From a virus, in IMG/VR virus record IMGVR_UViG_3300024346_006511, positions 32,001 through 96,000 of that record: a DNA stretch of 64,000 nt; one strand, written 5' to 3'. Under the pieces are notes generated by a model, which had not been told where the DNA came from, ran no database searches, and saw only the letters and a list, made by a program, of their open reading frames with translations. Both the position numbers and the translations under genes were made by a program. Below are positions 26,641 through 36,299 of this stretch, in pieces; within the stretch, counting starts at the first letter, position 1, and the number at the start of each line of letters is the position of its first letter.

Positions 26641-29027
26641 TAATGTCCTTCTGACCAGTTATTAGCTATCTCTGGAGGTGCTTTTAAAGTTACTCCAGGT
26701 AGTTTAGTCGTATTCTCCATAATCTCTTGAACGTAAGGAGCAAACATTGCAGCATCTTTCTCAGCTACGTTAATTATCAATTGATCATGAACCTGTGCTT
26801 GACATACAGCATCGATACCTAGCTCTTTAGCTTTACGGTTGATAACAAGAGCAGCTCTATTTACTACTGCTGCTGCTAATGACTGCAATTGAAAGTTTAA
26901 ACAGTTGTTAAGTCCGTTACGGTAATCTCTATAGGCTTGAGTAACTTGATCTCTAGCAGATATCATTTTACCAGTCTTTGGATTAGTCTTAGTAGGTATC
27001 TGAGTTTCTAGTTGCTTTCTATATCTCCAGTCCATCATACGGTCCCCAACTTGCTCATAGATACGTTTAACTTTAGGTAAGTGACGTACACGTCCTACAT
27101 AGTTTTCTATCTTACCGTAAGCCTTAACCATTTCTCTTGATCTTTCTCTCCATGCTGCTAGTTCAGGAAAACCATCTAAGTAACCTTTTATAAGTCCTTC
27201 AGCAGTCTTTTGATCTACATCTAAAGTCATCTTAAGAGCATATGCTTCCATACCGTATGCAATACCTAATGAGTATGCTTTAGCTTTATTACGAGCAACT
27301 GGTTCTAACTTCTTAAGGTAGTTATCAGCTTTTTTATCAGCTGAGACTCCGTTAGGGAATCTATCTCTTTGATCGTTTAGCTTCTCAGTTTTTATAGCTA
27401 CAGTAGAATAGAAGTCCCATCCTTTATTAAAGATCTCTTGAAGAGCTTTATCTCCTGTAACACTAGCAAAGCAGTGAGGTTCTAGAGATTCGTAATCCGC
27501 ATCAATAACCTTTCTACCAGGTCCGGCAATTAAGAACTCTCTAACTATATTTACATACTTCATGATTACAGGAGCATCTTCTCCTTCTTCTAGGGGCTTC
27601 GGTAACTGTTGAGCATCAGAACCATATCGACCAGATACAGTACCATTTTGTTTAAAGTAGAAATAATATCTACCGTCTTCCTGACGGTCTCTAAACCTGT
27701 CTACGTAAGTAGATTTGATCTTAAGTAACTTATTATATATACGTAAATTCTCAGCCCAAGGGTACGTCTTTGCTAGCTCTTCTACCATAGACATATCAAA
27801 TTTATCTCTACCAGATTTAGTATTCGCTCCTGATACTTTAGGTTTAATACCCATGTATTTAAACACAATCTCACCTAAGTGTTTCTTAGACTGTATATTA
27901 AGGTATTCACCATCATTAGACTCTTTCCATAGCGACATAGATATTCTAGCTCTTTCTACTTCGTCGATTAACTCTAGATCACCGGTAAGTAAGAACTCCT
28001 TAATCTTAGAGTCTTCTAGTTCCTCTATATTCTTTTGAGTAAGAGAGTATTTACCAGTTTTCTCGCTTTTAGGTAAAGGAAGAGAGTAACGTTGTACTAG
28101 TCTCTGAGCGAAGTTACCTTTATGAGAAGGAGGGTAAGCATCTGTAGCAGTATCTACTATCCATGCTTTTACTTCTGATACTTCTAATAAAGATTTCATA
28201 ACAATCTCTTTATTCTTTGCTTGATCTTCTGTAATCTCTTTATGAATTCTATCAATCAGTTCTACATCTAAGTCTACTCCTTTCGCTTCCATAGGAACTG
28301 TTACCTCCCTATAGATTGGCATTACTTCGTCTTCGAAGAAGAACTTCTCCAAGCCTTCCTTTCGTAACTTATCCAAATATAAATTGCAAATACGAAGGGT
28401 GAGATCAGTATCAGCACTAGCATATCTGCTAAGAATGTCAAGATCTGCTTTATATATTTCGTATAACTCTTTTGTAACTGATCCTCCATTTTTTTTAATG
28501 CTTTCTTTTAGTATTACTTGTTCTTCGTTAGCAGCTTTTTCTACATCAAGCCCTAACTCCTTTTGGTTCATAATTGCAATAGACTTAAGCCCAAAGGGAT
28601 TACCAAAACCAAATGCACCTTCTTCGTACACAGTATGTACTAGAAGTCCTGTATCGACCCAAACATCGGGAAGTAAATCTACACCAAAGTAGTTCTTTAT
28701 AAACTGAACATCAAAGGAAGCATTGTGAAATACTAGTTTCTTACCTTTAAGAAGTTTAAGTAAATTTTTACTAATAACTTCAGTAGATTGATCGTTAATA
28801 GTCTGAAGTACTAATTCGTTTTTCTCATAGTCAAATACTAATGTAGGTAAGTAGAAACCTATACCTTCGTCACCAGATACTGACCAACCAATAATCTTAT
28901 TCTTACGAGGATTAAGACCGGTAGTTTCCGTATCGACTGCGATAACGTCTGAGTCTATAATATGTTGATGTAATAGTTTAAGAGTCTTTTCATCTTGGAC
29001 CGTGTAATACTTTTTTTCTAATTGCAT
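26640..29027 (-). CDS. polA: DNA polymerase family A with 3'-5' exonuclease
   Basis: DTETTG, HNASFD, TVSGR, DADYESLE, KAYSLGIAYG, QVHDQ. Confidence 0.95.
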   Translation of the reverse strand: MQLEKKYYTVQDEKTLKLLHQHIIDSDVIAVDTETTGLNPRKNKIIGWSVSGDEGIGFYLPTLVFDYEKNELVLQTINDQSTEVISKNLLKLLKGKKLVFHNASFDVQFIKNYFGVDLLPDVWVDTGLLVHTVYEEGAFGFGNPFGLKSIAIMNQKELGLDVEKAANEEQVILKESIKKNGGSVTKELYEIYKADLDILSRYASADTDLTLRICNLYLDKLRKEGLEKFFFEDEVMPIYREVTVPMEAKGVDLDVELIDRIHKEITEDQAKNKEIVMKSLLEVSEVKAWIVDTATDAYPPSHKGNFAQRLVQRYSLPLPKSEKTGKYSLTQKNIEELEDSKIKEFLLTGDLELIDEVERARISMSLWKESNDGEYLNIQSKKHLGEIVFKYMGIKPKVSGANTKSGRDKFDMSMVEELAKTYPWAENLRIYNKLLKIKSTYVDRFRDRQEDGRYYFYFKQNGTVSGRYGSDAQQLPKPLEEGEDAPVIMKYVNIVREFLIAGPGRKVIDADYESLEPHCFASVTGDKALQEIFNKGWDFYSTVAIKTEKLNDQRDRFPNGVSADKKADNYLKKLEPVARNKAKAYSLGIAYGMEAYALKMTLDVDQKTAEGLIKGYLDGFPELAAWRERSREMVKAYGKIENYVGRVRHLPKVKRIYEQVGDRMMDWRYRKQLETQIPTKTNPKTGKMISARDQVTQAYRDYRNGLNNCLNFQLQSLAAAVVNRAALVINRKAKELGIDAVCQAQVHDQLIINVAEKDAAMFAPYVQEIMENTTKLPGVTLKAPPEIANNWSEGH

Positions 29028-29040
29028 ATATAACCTTTTA

Positions 29041-29475
29041 TTAATTTCGTTGTAAGTTAAGAACAGGAGTATCTCCTATCTGTTTATAGTAATCTTGAAG
29101 CATAGCTTCTTCTAAGCCTTTCTGATAATTAATATAGAAAGAATAATCCAATAAAGTATACTGTTGCTTAGGAGTTTTTAAAACATAGAAGAAGACCTTC
29201 TTATATTTCCTTTTAATCTCATCTCTAATTCTATCATTCCCTGAATTAGATATACATTTATACTGTGTATTGATTCGATGAAAAACATTAGCTGATTGAC
29301 CAATTTTAAGAATCTCACCTTCTTCAGAGACTACTAAATATACACCAGGTTGTTTTTTATAATCGTCTTTATCTAAATTAAAGCTGACATCTACACCCTG
29401 CTTTAATCTATCGCTAACAAATAAGTCAGCAACTTTAACAAATCCTTTTTTACCCCAATATTTAATATTGTTCAT
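29041..29475 (-). CDS. GIY-YIG nuclease family protein
   Basis: PGVY-x9-KIGQS...HR, later E and LN. Confidence 0.7.
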   Translation of the reverse strand: MNNIKYWGKKGFVKVADLFVSDRLKQGVDVSFNLDKDDYKKQPGVYLVVSEEGEILKIGQSANVFHRINTQYKCISNSGNDRIRDEIKRKYKKVFFYVLKTPKQQYTLLDYSFYINYQKGLEEAMLQDYYKQIGDTPVLNLQRN

Positions 29476-29505
29476 AACCTTTATTTTACTAATTATTTAT
29501 ACATA

Positions 29506-29535
29506 AATATAAGAAAAATTATACAGGGAGGCAAC
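29506..29535 (-). promoter_or_regulatory. early/middle promoter motif
   Basis: GTTG-N18-CTTATATT. Confidence 0.7.
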
Positions 29536-30114
29536 TTATTTACTAGAAAGTTCCTTAAGAATTTTTTCTGAATCTATCTTGATTTTATGTTCTATTTCTA
29601 ATTGAGCTATTACTCTAGTTTTCATTTGAACATCACCATTGAAGAAATTCCAAATTAAAGAAGTACGAAGTTTTCTTATATCTCCTTGAACTGATTTACA
29701 GCTCAATTCAAACAATTGCTCATCTTCTTCTTCTACCTCGAAAGGAATATCTTTTTCAGAAGCATAAGAAATAAGTCCTATTAAGTCATTACTTTCATAG
29801 CAACTTTTTAAATTATTAAACTCCTCTTCAGTTCCACCTCTATCTGGATGAGCAATTTTAGAAGCCGAACGATATAGTTTCTTTACTTTAGATGCTTTCT
29901 CTTTCGACTTCTTTTTTTCTTCTTCACCGGGAGGTTTATCTCGCATCTCTCCAGTTTCTTGATTAACCCACATTTCAGTTTTAATGTTATTGAAGTACTT
30001 TCCGAATATCTCTTTCCACTCTACTTCTTGTGAGTCATACTCTTCTTGAGTATCCTCTAATTCAAGTTGTAAGTATTGGTATTTAAGTGAGTACTTCTTT
30101 AACAGTCTGGACAT
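29536..30114 (-). CDS. J-domain protein
   Basis: VKKLYRSASKIAHPDRGG...F..L...YE. Confidence 0.8.
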   Translation of the reverse strand: MSRLLKKYSLKYQYLQLELEDTQEEYDSQEVEWKEIFGKYFNNIKTEMWVNQETGEMRDKPPGEEEKKKSKEKASKVKKLYRSASKIAHPDRGGTEEEFNNLKSCYESNDLIGLISYASEKDIPFEVEEEDEQLFELSCKSVQGDIRKLRTSLIWNFFNGDVQMKTRVIAQLEIEHKIKIDSEKILKELSSK

Positions 30115-30374
30115 TAGTATTCCCCGTATAGGTCAAATTTCATTGGTTCTTTTTCTTCGATCTCAACTTCATGTGTTTTGATAGCATAGAGTTTACCCTC
30201 TAATGGAGCTAATCTATACTCACCTTTGAACTTAGTTGCTCTCATATACATCGTCAGTGCCATAACCAATCCTTCAACAACAGTTGATTGATCTCTTTCC
30301 AGAATCCAATTATCTCCGGGAGCTTTTCTCTTAGCAATTAGCTCTCTTTCTTCTTCGATTATAATATCAGCCAT
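30114..30374 (-). CDS. hypothetical protein
   Basis: ORF coupled within the operon. Confidence 0.75.
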   Translation of the reverse strand: MADIIIEEERELIAKRKAPGDNWILERDQSTVVEGLVMALTMYMRATKFKGEYRLAPLEGKLYAIKTHEVEIEEKEPMKFDLYGEY

Positions 30375-30375
30375 A

Positions 30376-31287
30376 TTACTGTCTTAAAGTTTTTTCTATT
30401 CTGTAATCAGTATTAGTGAAAAAATCAGGAATAAACCTTGAATGAGTAGCTCTAATAGGGTTAATATCTAATCCTCCTCTTCTAGTATATAAACAAGATA
30501 CCATTAAATCTTCTGGTTGATATGCATCTGTTAAATGTTTAAATACCATTTCACAAATCTCTTCATGGAAGTGACTTACAGTTCTATGAGATACAATATA
30601 CTTCGCTACTGATTCAGGAGAAGGAATATTCTTTCCTTTCATTCTAATAAAGACATCTCCCCAGTCTGGTTGATTAGTTACTCTACAATTAGATCTTAAT
30701 AGGTTAGATCTTAACTTTACTTCTTTAGCCTCTTCTGATACAGTTTCTATTTCTAATTGAGAAGCATCTGAAGAGAAAGCAGTGAAGTCTATTTGATCTA
30801 AATCTGCAATCTCAGCTAAATCTTGATAACCTTCAAAAGATAATGCTTTACCGTCTTCTGAATCTGTGTAAAAACTTACTGTTGTATCTGTTTCAAGTAA
30901 CTTATCTAAATCACTTTTTACCTTCTCTTCAATCTGTATAATACAATCCACAGAAGTAGCTCCTAATCTAGTCATATTAAAAGAATTTAAGTATAACTTA
31001 ATAGATTTAGATTCTACGTGATATTGAGAGTTTGAAGGACATACAATTTTTAACATTCCTGCAACAGGTAAGCCTTTATCTGTAATTGCTGATACTTCAT
31101 AACAGTTCCAAGTATCTACTCCTACAAAGTCCTTATCAGTTAATCCATAGCCTTCTCTATTCAAATAGCGAGGTACTTTAACTAATAGCTCTGGTGCGTA
31201 GGTATCTTTATACCCGTCTCCACCTACTTTTCCTAAATGTTTAGACGCAATGTCTACTACTTCTTGATAATTTTTAACTTCTGCCAT
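30376..31287 (-). CDS. queF: preQ0 reductase QueF (bimodular type)
   Basis: ESKSIKLYLNSF, SNCRVTNQPDWG, FHEE, YTRRGGLDINP; start re-placed to MAEVK. Confidence 0.93.
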   Translation of the reverse strand: MAEVKNYQEVVDIASKHLGKVGGDGYKDTYAPELLVKVPRYLNREGYGLTDKDFVGVDTWNCYEVSAITDKGLPVAGMLKIVCPSNSQYHVESKSIKLYLNSFNMTRLGATSVDCIIQIEEKVKSDLDKLLETDTTVSFYTDSEDGKALSFEGYQDLAEIADLDQIDFTAFSSDASQLEIETVSEEAKEVKLRSNLLRSNCRVTNQPDWGDVFIRMKGKNIPSPESVAKYIVSHRTVSHFHEEICEMVFKHLTDAYQPEDLMVSCLYTRRGGLDINPIRATHSRFIPDFFTNTDYRIEKTLRQ

Positions 31288-31288
31288 A

Positions 31289-31654
31289 TTAACCTTTAAA
31301 TAATTGTTTTTTACCACCCTCATAAACATAAGCGTGTCCGTTTTCTATTAATAAATCATTAAGAGATTTTTCTTCTCCTTTGATGAATATTTCTGCAAGT
31401 ACTCTACCGTACTTACCTTTACCGTAAGATTGTATTTCAAACTTACCATCATTCATCTCTAAATATTTTTTCGTAAAATCAGAAGCAAGAAGACCTTTAG
31501 CTTTTTCTTCTAAGTTTCTTGTTCTCTTTTCCCAGGTATCTACACCTTTAAATCTAAGTCTTGCTTTAACCCAAGTACTGAATCCTAAGTCGATCATAAC
31601 ATCTGCTGTGTCACCATCAACTACTCTTAATAATTTTGCTCCGTATCTAAACAT
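31289..31654 (-). CDS. thermonuclease (SNase-like)
   Basis: RVVDGDT, RFKGVDTWE, GKYGRVLA, NGHA. Confidence 0.9.
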   Translation of the reverse strand: MFRYGAKLLRVVDGDTADVMIDLGFSTWVKARLRFKGVDTWEKRTRNLEEKAKGLLASDFTKKYLEMNDGKFEIQSYGKGKYGRVLAEIFIKGEEKSLNDLLIENGHAYVYEGGKKQLFKG

Positions 31655-32168
31655 TTATAAAATCTAAAATTTGTTCTACCCTTTGCATAGGGGAACCAGT
31701 TATCGTCAAATAAGGTTGACGTACACCTTCAAGAACAGCTTTAAACTCACTATCTATTTCCTTTCTCCATTGTTCATCTACACTTCTAACTCCATCGTCT
31801 ACTGAATCGAATTCAATAGGGAAATAAACATAATGAGTATATTCGCTCTTTATTCTATTCCAAGTATCTTCTATATAATCGTTCGTATATGTAGTTACTC
31901 CTTTCATAAATCTAGAGTAAACTAAAACATCCATATAACATCTATCTAATACTAAGTTATAAGGTTGAAGTAAAGCTTCCAAATGAAAACTACTAATAGC
32001 TAATTGAGTAGCATCGGTACCTTTTTCATTAATAGGAAATCCGTAACTACCTACTGTTCTAGTAGATTCATTAACAAACTCATACTTAGGTAATTTATTT
32101 TTAAGTAATTCGTAAACAGTAGTCTTACCTGTACTACTTGCTCCTACTAATGCTATTCTTTTTATCAT
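31647..32168 (-). CDS. P-loop nucleotide kinase (AAA_28/NadR-like)
   Basis: GASSTGKTT, LDRCYMD, DDGVR. Confidence 0.85.
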   Translation of the reverse strand: MIKRIALVGASSTGKTTVYELLKNKLPKYEFVNESTRTVGSYGFPINEKGTDATQLAISSFHLEALLQPYNLVLDRCYMDVLVYSRFMKGVTTYTNDYIEDTWNRIKSEYTHYVYFPIEFDSVDDGVRSVDEQWRKEIDSEFKAVLEGVRQPYLTITGSPMQRVEQILDFINV

Positions 32169-32713
32169 AAAGCTTCTCTTAAAAAGTTACACCACATATA
32201 TAACCCTCTGTCTCTTAAGATACGAAATAAATCTTCAAGCTCCACCTGAAAAGTATTAAATCTTTCTTCCATTATAATTTTACCTTCATCTACTCCAGCG
32301 GTAACTCTATGCAGAACAGTTCCTGCTATAGGGTACTTACCTTCGTTAATACCTTCGAAAGCTCTAATCTGAGGATCTTTACCTTTAAGTTCAGGGTACT
32401 CAGTTATTAAACCTGGATGCCCGTTAATTATAATATATTTTTCACATATAGAAGGAGGCATTATTCTTAACCAACCATGTAGAGTTATTAATGCTTCCGG
32501 AAAGTATACTAATAAGTCTTCATACTCTTCTTCATCAGGTTTATTACTAAAGGTAAAGTAACCTTGTTTTTCAATCCTAGGGTCTATAGTTCTAAGATGC
32601 TCAGGTCTATCGTTTGTAATAATCCGATCTGGCCATCTACCTAACGATTCAGCTATATCAGCTATTTCAGCTCCAGTCTGACTAAAAAATGCTATCCAAG
32701 TCTTAGTTGCCAT
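32165..32713 (-). CDS. PurN-like formyltransferase (DpdN-like preQ1 formyltransferase)
   Basis: FFSQTG, LHGWLRI, INGHPG, HRVTAGVDEG; lies in the deazaguanine operon. Confidence 0.8.
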   Translation of the reverse strand: MATKTWIAFFSQTGAEIADIAESLGRWPDRIITNDRPEHLRTIDPRIEKQGYFTFSNKPDEEEYEDLLVYFPEALITLHGWLRIMPPSICEKYIIINGHPGLITEYPELKGKDPQIRAFEGINEGKYPIAGTVLHRVTAGVDEGKIIMEERFNTFQVELEDLFRILRDRGLYMWCNFLREAL

Positions 32714-33506
32714 TAGTATACCATTTAAATTTCTGAATATTATTTTTAATTGTGCCTAACTGAATATCATCAATCTCAGAATTAATCAGTTCATGAAGTT
32801 TCTGTCTTTCTTTAGACCATAACCCATCTGATCCATATGATATACCTTTAATACCGTGAACTACAGGATTAGAAGTATCAAGTGAATATATCCAATCATA
32901 ATCGGAATGCTTATAAAAACTAAATTCTTGAGGTAATCCACATCCTAGTAAGTGATGAGGTTTAGCTGTATTGATCACACCGTCTCTAAGTAAATCTCCC
33001 AGTAGCTTAACACGTCCTAGCATCCAGCTAACATACTTGTTAGCATGAGGAACTGATTGTGTATAATACGAGTAATCAAATGATATAGCTATCATATCTA
33101 CATCTGCTGTCTTGTTCATATAGTTGTAGCAATCTACAATTTCATCATATGTCCTACCTTGAACAACTCCTATTTTACCACTACCTTCGTAACCGTATCC
33201 TTTATTAATCCAGTCTTCCATCTGGTCGCAAGTTTTACCAGCGTCTTCTAAAGCATCTGGGACTATATACCAAGTTGGTTTAAGTTCGTTAACCCATTTA
33301 TTAAATTTATCTGCATCGAAAGCCTCTTCTAATTCAAATATAGAGTTATCTAAAATAATCTCCCTACCTTTTACTGCTGCCTTTTTAAACTGATCTAAGT
33401 ACCCTTTATCTTCTTCAAATAAATGTACTAACGCATAGTCGTAGTCAGTATATCTCTGTACCTCTTCGAATATTTCTTTAGGACTTTCGTGTGCTATCTT
33501 TATCAT
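32703..33506 (-). CDS. dpdA: TGT-fold 7-deazaguanine transglycosylase (DpdA-like)
   Basis: ILDNS, PD, GVVQG, HHLLG, SLDTSNP; que gene context. Confidence 0.75.
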   Translation of the reverse strand: MIKIAHESPKEIFEEVQRYTDYDYALVHLFEEDKGYLDQFKKAAVKGREIILDNSIFELEEAFDADKFNKWVNELKPTWYIVPDALEDAGKTCDQMEDWINKGYGYEGSGKIGVVQGRTYDEIVDCYNYMNKTADVDMIAISFDYSYYTQSVPHANKYVSWMLGRVKLLGDLLRDGVINTAKPHHLLGCGLPQEFSFYKHSDYDWIYSLDTSNPVVHGIKGISYGSDGLWSKERQKLHELINSEIDDIQLGTIKNNIQKFKWYTNGN

Positions 33507-33693
33507 CTATATTTGTAGTATTTAATAGTGTTGACATAGTTCTTACTGAGTTATCGATAAGTTCTAATGCATGGTCAAGTTTAGTTTGATTCTTATCATA
33601 TTCATAAATTTCAGAATATGCTTTCTTTACAATATCGAATGGTAAGTAATCCTCACCGTCAATTGTAACTTTATGTTTCTCTAAATTAATCAT
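33478..33693 (-). CDS. hypothetical protein
   Basis: ORF overlapping its neighbours. Confidence 0.65.
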   Translation of the reverse strand: MINLEKHKVTIDGEDYLPFDIVKKAYSEIYEYDKNQTKLDHALELIDNSVRTMSTLLNTTNIDDKDSTRKS

Positions 33694-34228
33694 TAAAGAA
33701 CTGTTTTAAGTCAGGTCTGAAGTAATTAATCGATTTCATTACTTTTCTATCTCTTGTTCTATAGACAATGTACCGTCCTTCCGCAATCTTCTCAAAATGA
33801 CAGGCCTCACCTTGTTCCTTACTTCTTTGGCTGACACTCTGTATGGCTTCTTCTTCAGTTTTACAAGCTTTTGACATATTAGAAGCCTGTACCTCTTGAT
33901 ATGCTGGCCATATCTTATCTTTAAGGCCATGTAACATAGTACCGTTCCCAAGGGAAACATAAGTAATGTCGCACAAAGCGTCCAGAACTTCCACAATGTC
34001 CCCTCTTTCGCAAGCTTCTCTATATTCTTCGAGTTCTTCGAGGATAAAGTCATAAACGAATTGCCACTCTTTTTTACTTGGTATAGTTGGTTCATAGTTA
34101 TTAGGTTTTCCGAATGTTTTATTAAACGTTTCTACTTCATCTACGAAAGGAACTCCGTTAACCCAAACTGGTAGTGGTTCCATGTCTTTCATCTCATTCT
34201 CTGAGAATAAATTTAATTGTTTACTCAT
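33686..34228 (-). CDS. MazG-like (PRA-PH) NTP pyrophosphohydrolase
   Basis: EELEEY...EVLDALCDITYV, EVQASNMSK, KVMKS. Confidence 0.88.
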   Translation of the reverse strand: MSKQLNLFSENEMKDMEPLPVWVNGVPFVDEVETFNKTFGKPNNYEPTIPSKKEWQFVYDFILEELEEYREACERGDIVEVLDALCDITYVSLGNGTMLHGLKDKIWPAYQEVQASNMSKACKTEEEAIQSVSQRSKEQGEACHFEKIAEGRYIVYRTRDRKVMKSINYFRPDLKQFFND

Positions 34229-34664
34229 CTTTATTTAATTTATTTGTATTCTCTATCGGCATTGTTAATCCTCCAATGTAATTACCATCGGCTAGATGGA
34301 AGTATGGATCGTCTTGTGCTCTATCGTAATCATCTTCTAATCTTATGATATCGTCTTCTCCAAAATAAGTACCAGTTTGAACTTCTATAAATTGTACTAC
34401 TTCGTCAGTTTTATTCCAAGCTCTATGTTTAGCTTCTAATGGAATATGTATAGAACCTCCTGTTTTAACTGTATAGATTTCATCATCCAATACAACAGTT
34501 AGGACTCCTTCAACAACTGTCCACTGCTCACGTCTATTAGTATGATACTGGTAAGAAAGTCTTTGTCCAGGAGCTACAGTTATTAGTTTAACTTTAGTAA
34601 AGTCAGTATCTAATAATACATCATAACAACCCCAAGGTCTTTCATCGTGTTCTAATGCTTGCAT
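34221..34664 (-). CDS. mannose-6-phosphate isomerase type II C-terminal cupin
   Basis: RPWG, LSYQYH..RREQW, IEVQTG.YFGEDDIIRLEDDY. Confidence 0.88.
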   Translation of the reverse strand: MQALEHDERPWGCYDVLLDTDFTKVKLITVAPGQRLSYQYHTNRREQWTVVEGVLTVVLDDEIYTVKTGGSIHIPLEAKHRAWNKTDEVVQFIEVQTGTYFGEDDIIRLEDDYDRAQDDPYFHLADGNYIGGLTMPIENTNKLNKDE

Positions 34665-35365
34665 ATGCTTGCTAATTCTATGTTCTTATAAAACTCTGCT
34701 TTTGCTGAATCCTCATTTAAAAATGCTCCTGTTAACTTAGCAGTCTGCATTGAAGCTCCTCCATGCTTTACTCCTCTACATGATACACATGCATGAGTTG
34801 CATTTACCTGAACTGCTACTCCTAAATTACCTTCACATATCTTATCTACTGCATTATGAATAGCTACCGTTAACTGCTCTTGAATAGCTCCTCTTCTACC
34901 GAATTGCTCTACAATTCTATTAAGCTTAGACAGTCCTACTACCTTACCATCTTCTGATGCTATATAAGCAATACTTACTGTACCTCTAATAGCTTGATGG
35001 TGGTGAGAACACATAGACGTTACTGGTATATTACTCTCCTGTACAATGCCGTCATATCCATCAGAAGGAAATGCTGTAATACGGTCTAAAGGGCTATATC
35101 TTCCAGCCCACAAGTCATTAACATAAGCTTTAGCTACTCTCATTGGAGTATCTGCAGAGTTAGGATCGTCTTTATAGTCACATCCTAATGCAGTTAAAAA
35201 GTTTGCATATGCTTCTGATGCTCTTTTTATAATAACTTGCTTTTCATGATCAGTAAGTCTAGCTTCTGGTCCTTCTGTCTTTTGTTTTTCCGCTAGTTGA
35301 GTTGAAATACCGTTAGCGAATCCGGCTCTTACTAATTCTGTTCCTTCTATAAACTTTTTAGGCAT
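34652..35365 (-). CDS. folE: GTP cyclohydrolase I
   Basis: TPMRVAK, SMCSHH, GLSKLNR, IQEQLT, HACVSCRGV. Confidence 0.95.
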   Translation of the reverse strand: MPKKFIEGTELVRAGFANGISTQLAEKQKTEGPEARLTDHEKQVIIKRASEAYANFLTALGCDYKDDPNSADTPMRVAKAYVNDLWAGRYSPLDRITAFPSDGYDGIVQESNIPVTSMCSHHHQAIRGTVSIAYIASEDGKVVGLSKLNRIVEQFGRRGAIQEQLTVAIHNAVDKICEGNLGVAVQVNATHACVSCRGVKHGGASMQTAKLTGAFLNEDSAKAEFYKNIELASICKH

Positions 35366-35374
35366 AATATATAA

Positions 35375-35403
35375 TTTGTTTTTACTGAGGTTCTACGACT
35401 CAT
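35375..35403 (-). promoter_or_regulatory. preQ1 class I riboswitch-like aptamer (folE leader)
   Basis: UGAG-UCGUAGAAC-CUCA-GU-AAAAACAAA between promoter and ATG. Confidence 0.75.
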
Positions 35404-35412
35404 TCTTAATTA

Positions 35413-35442
35413 AAGATAAGAAATTTATTTTAAACATCCAAA
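35413..35442 (-). promoter_or_regulatory. early/middle promoter motif
   Basis: TTTG-N18-CTTATCTT. Confidence 0.7.
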
Positions 35443-35834
35443 TAATCTTGAATAGTTTTGGAAGTTTCTTTTTCCCAAGGGTATACAATCCAACCGTAAT
35501 CATCAGGTATCTCTTTTGCGAAATATTCTGGTTTTGCTTTCGAGGATGTTTTGTAATGTAGAGTAGCAAACTTAGGATTAAACATTTCTTCTCTCCATTT
35601 TAATATTGTCTCTCCACTATCTGCTATATCATCTATAATTAACAGTCTAGGGTAGTGATTACTTTTATATTCAAAGTAAGGAATATCAAAACGATGTGAA
35701 TACATTATTGCTAAGATAGTACCTCCTCTAGGAATTCCTGTTACGTAATCTATTTTTCCTTTTGTTTGTGCGTGTATGTTATCGAGGAGTTTATAAACAT
35801 CCTCCCAACTATAATAAACTCTTTTTACTCCCAT
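35430..35834 (-). CDS. type I phosphoribosyltransferase (Gpt-like)
   Basis: GIPRGG, LIIDDIADSGET, WIVYPWE. Confidence 0.88.
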   Translation of the reverse strand: MGVKRVYYSWEDVYKLLDNIHAQTKGKIDYVTGIPRGGTILAIMYSHRFDIPYFEYKSNHYPRLLIIDDIADSGETILKWREEMFNPKFATLHYKTSSKAKPEYFAKEIPDDYGWIVYPWEKETSKTIQDYLDV

Positions 35835-35998
35835 GTATTATTCGTTACCCAGTTGCCAGTAGAATAGTTTGCTATAGAGGTATTACCTACTGATTGTAAT
35901 TTCTCTTTTAAATGGTCAAATTGAGCTGGAGTAATATTATAGTGGTGTACTCCTTCTATGAATCCTTTTAACCACTGTACAAATTCTTTTTCATTCAT
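35825..35998 (-). CDS. small hypothetical protein (57 aa; not in ORF track)
   Basis: [16 protein letters not shown]...NNTWE; overlaps both neighbours. Confidence 0.65.
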   Translation of the reverse strand: MNEKEFVQWLKGFIEGVHHYNITPAQFDHLKEKLQSVGNTSIANYSTGNWVTNNTWE

Positions 35999-36299
35999 AA
36001 TCTAAACCGAAAAATTTATAGTTGTTAATAACTGCCTCTTTTTCTCCTGCTTCGATTGCTTCTTCTTCACTATCGAAAATTGCTTCTACAGGGCATTCCG
36101 GAACACAAGCTCCACAGTCGATACATTCTTCTGGGTTTATGTATAGGCTTTTACCGATTAAGTCTTCTTTGGACATTCCTGCTACTTCTGCTCCTGCTCC
36201 TGTAATATCTATAGGACCGTGAATACAGTCTACAGGGCAAACTGCTACACAGGCTGTATCGCAAGTACTAACGCAAGGTGATCCAATTATAAAACTCAT
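35991..36299 (-). CDS. dicluster Fe-S ferredoxin
   Basis: [17 protein letters not shown] and [12 protein letters not shown]. Confidence 0.92.
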   Translation of the reverse strand: MSFIIGSPCVSTCDTACVAVCPVDCIHGPIDITGAGAEVAGMSKEDLIGKSLYINPEECIDCGACVPECPVEAIFDSEEEAIEAGEKEAVINNYKFFGLDYE

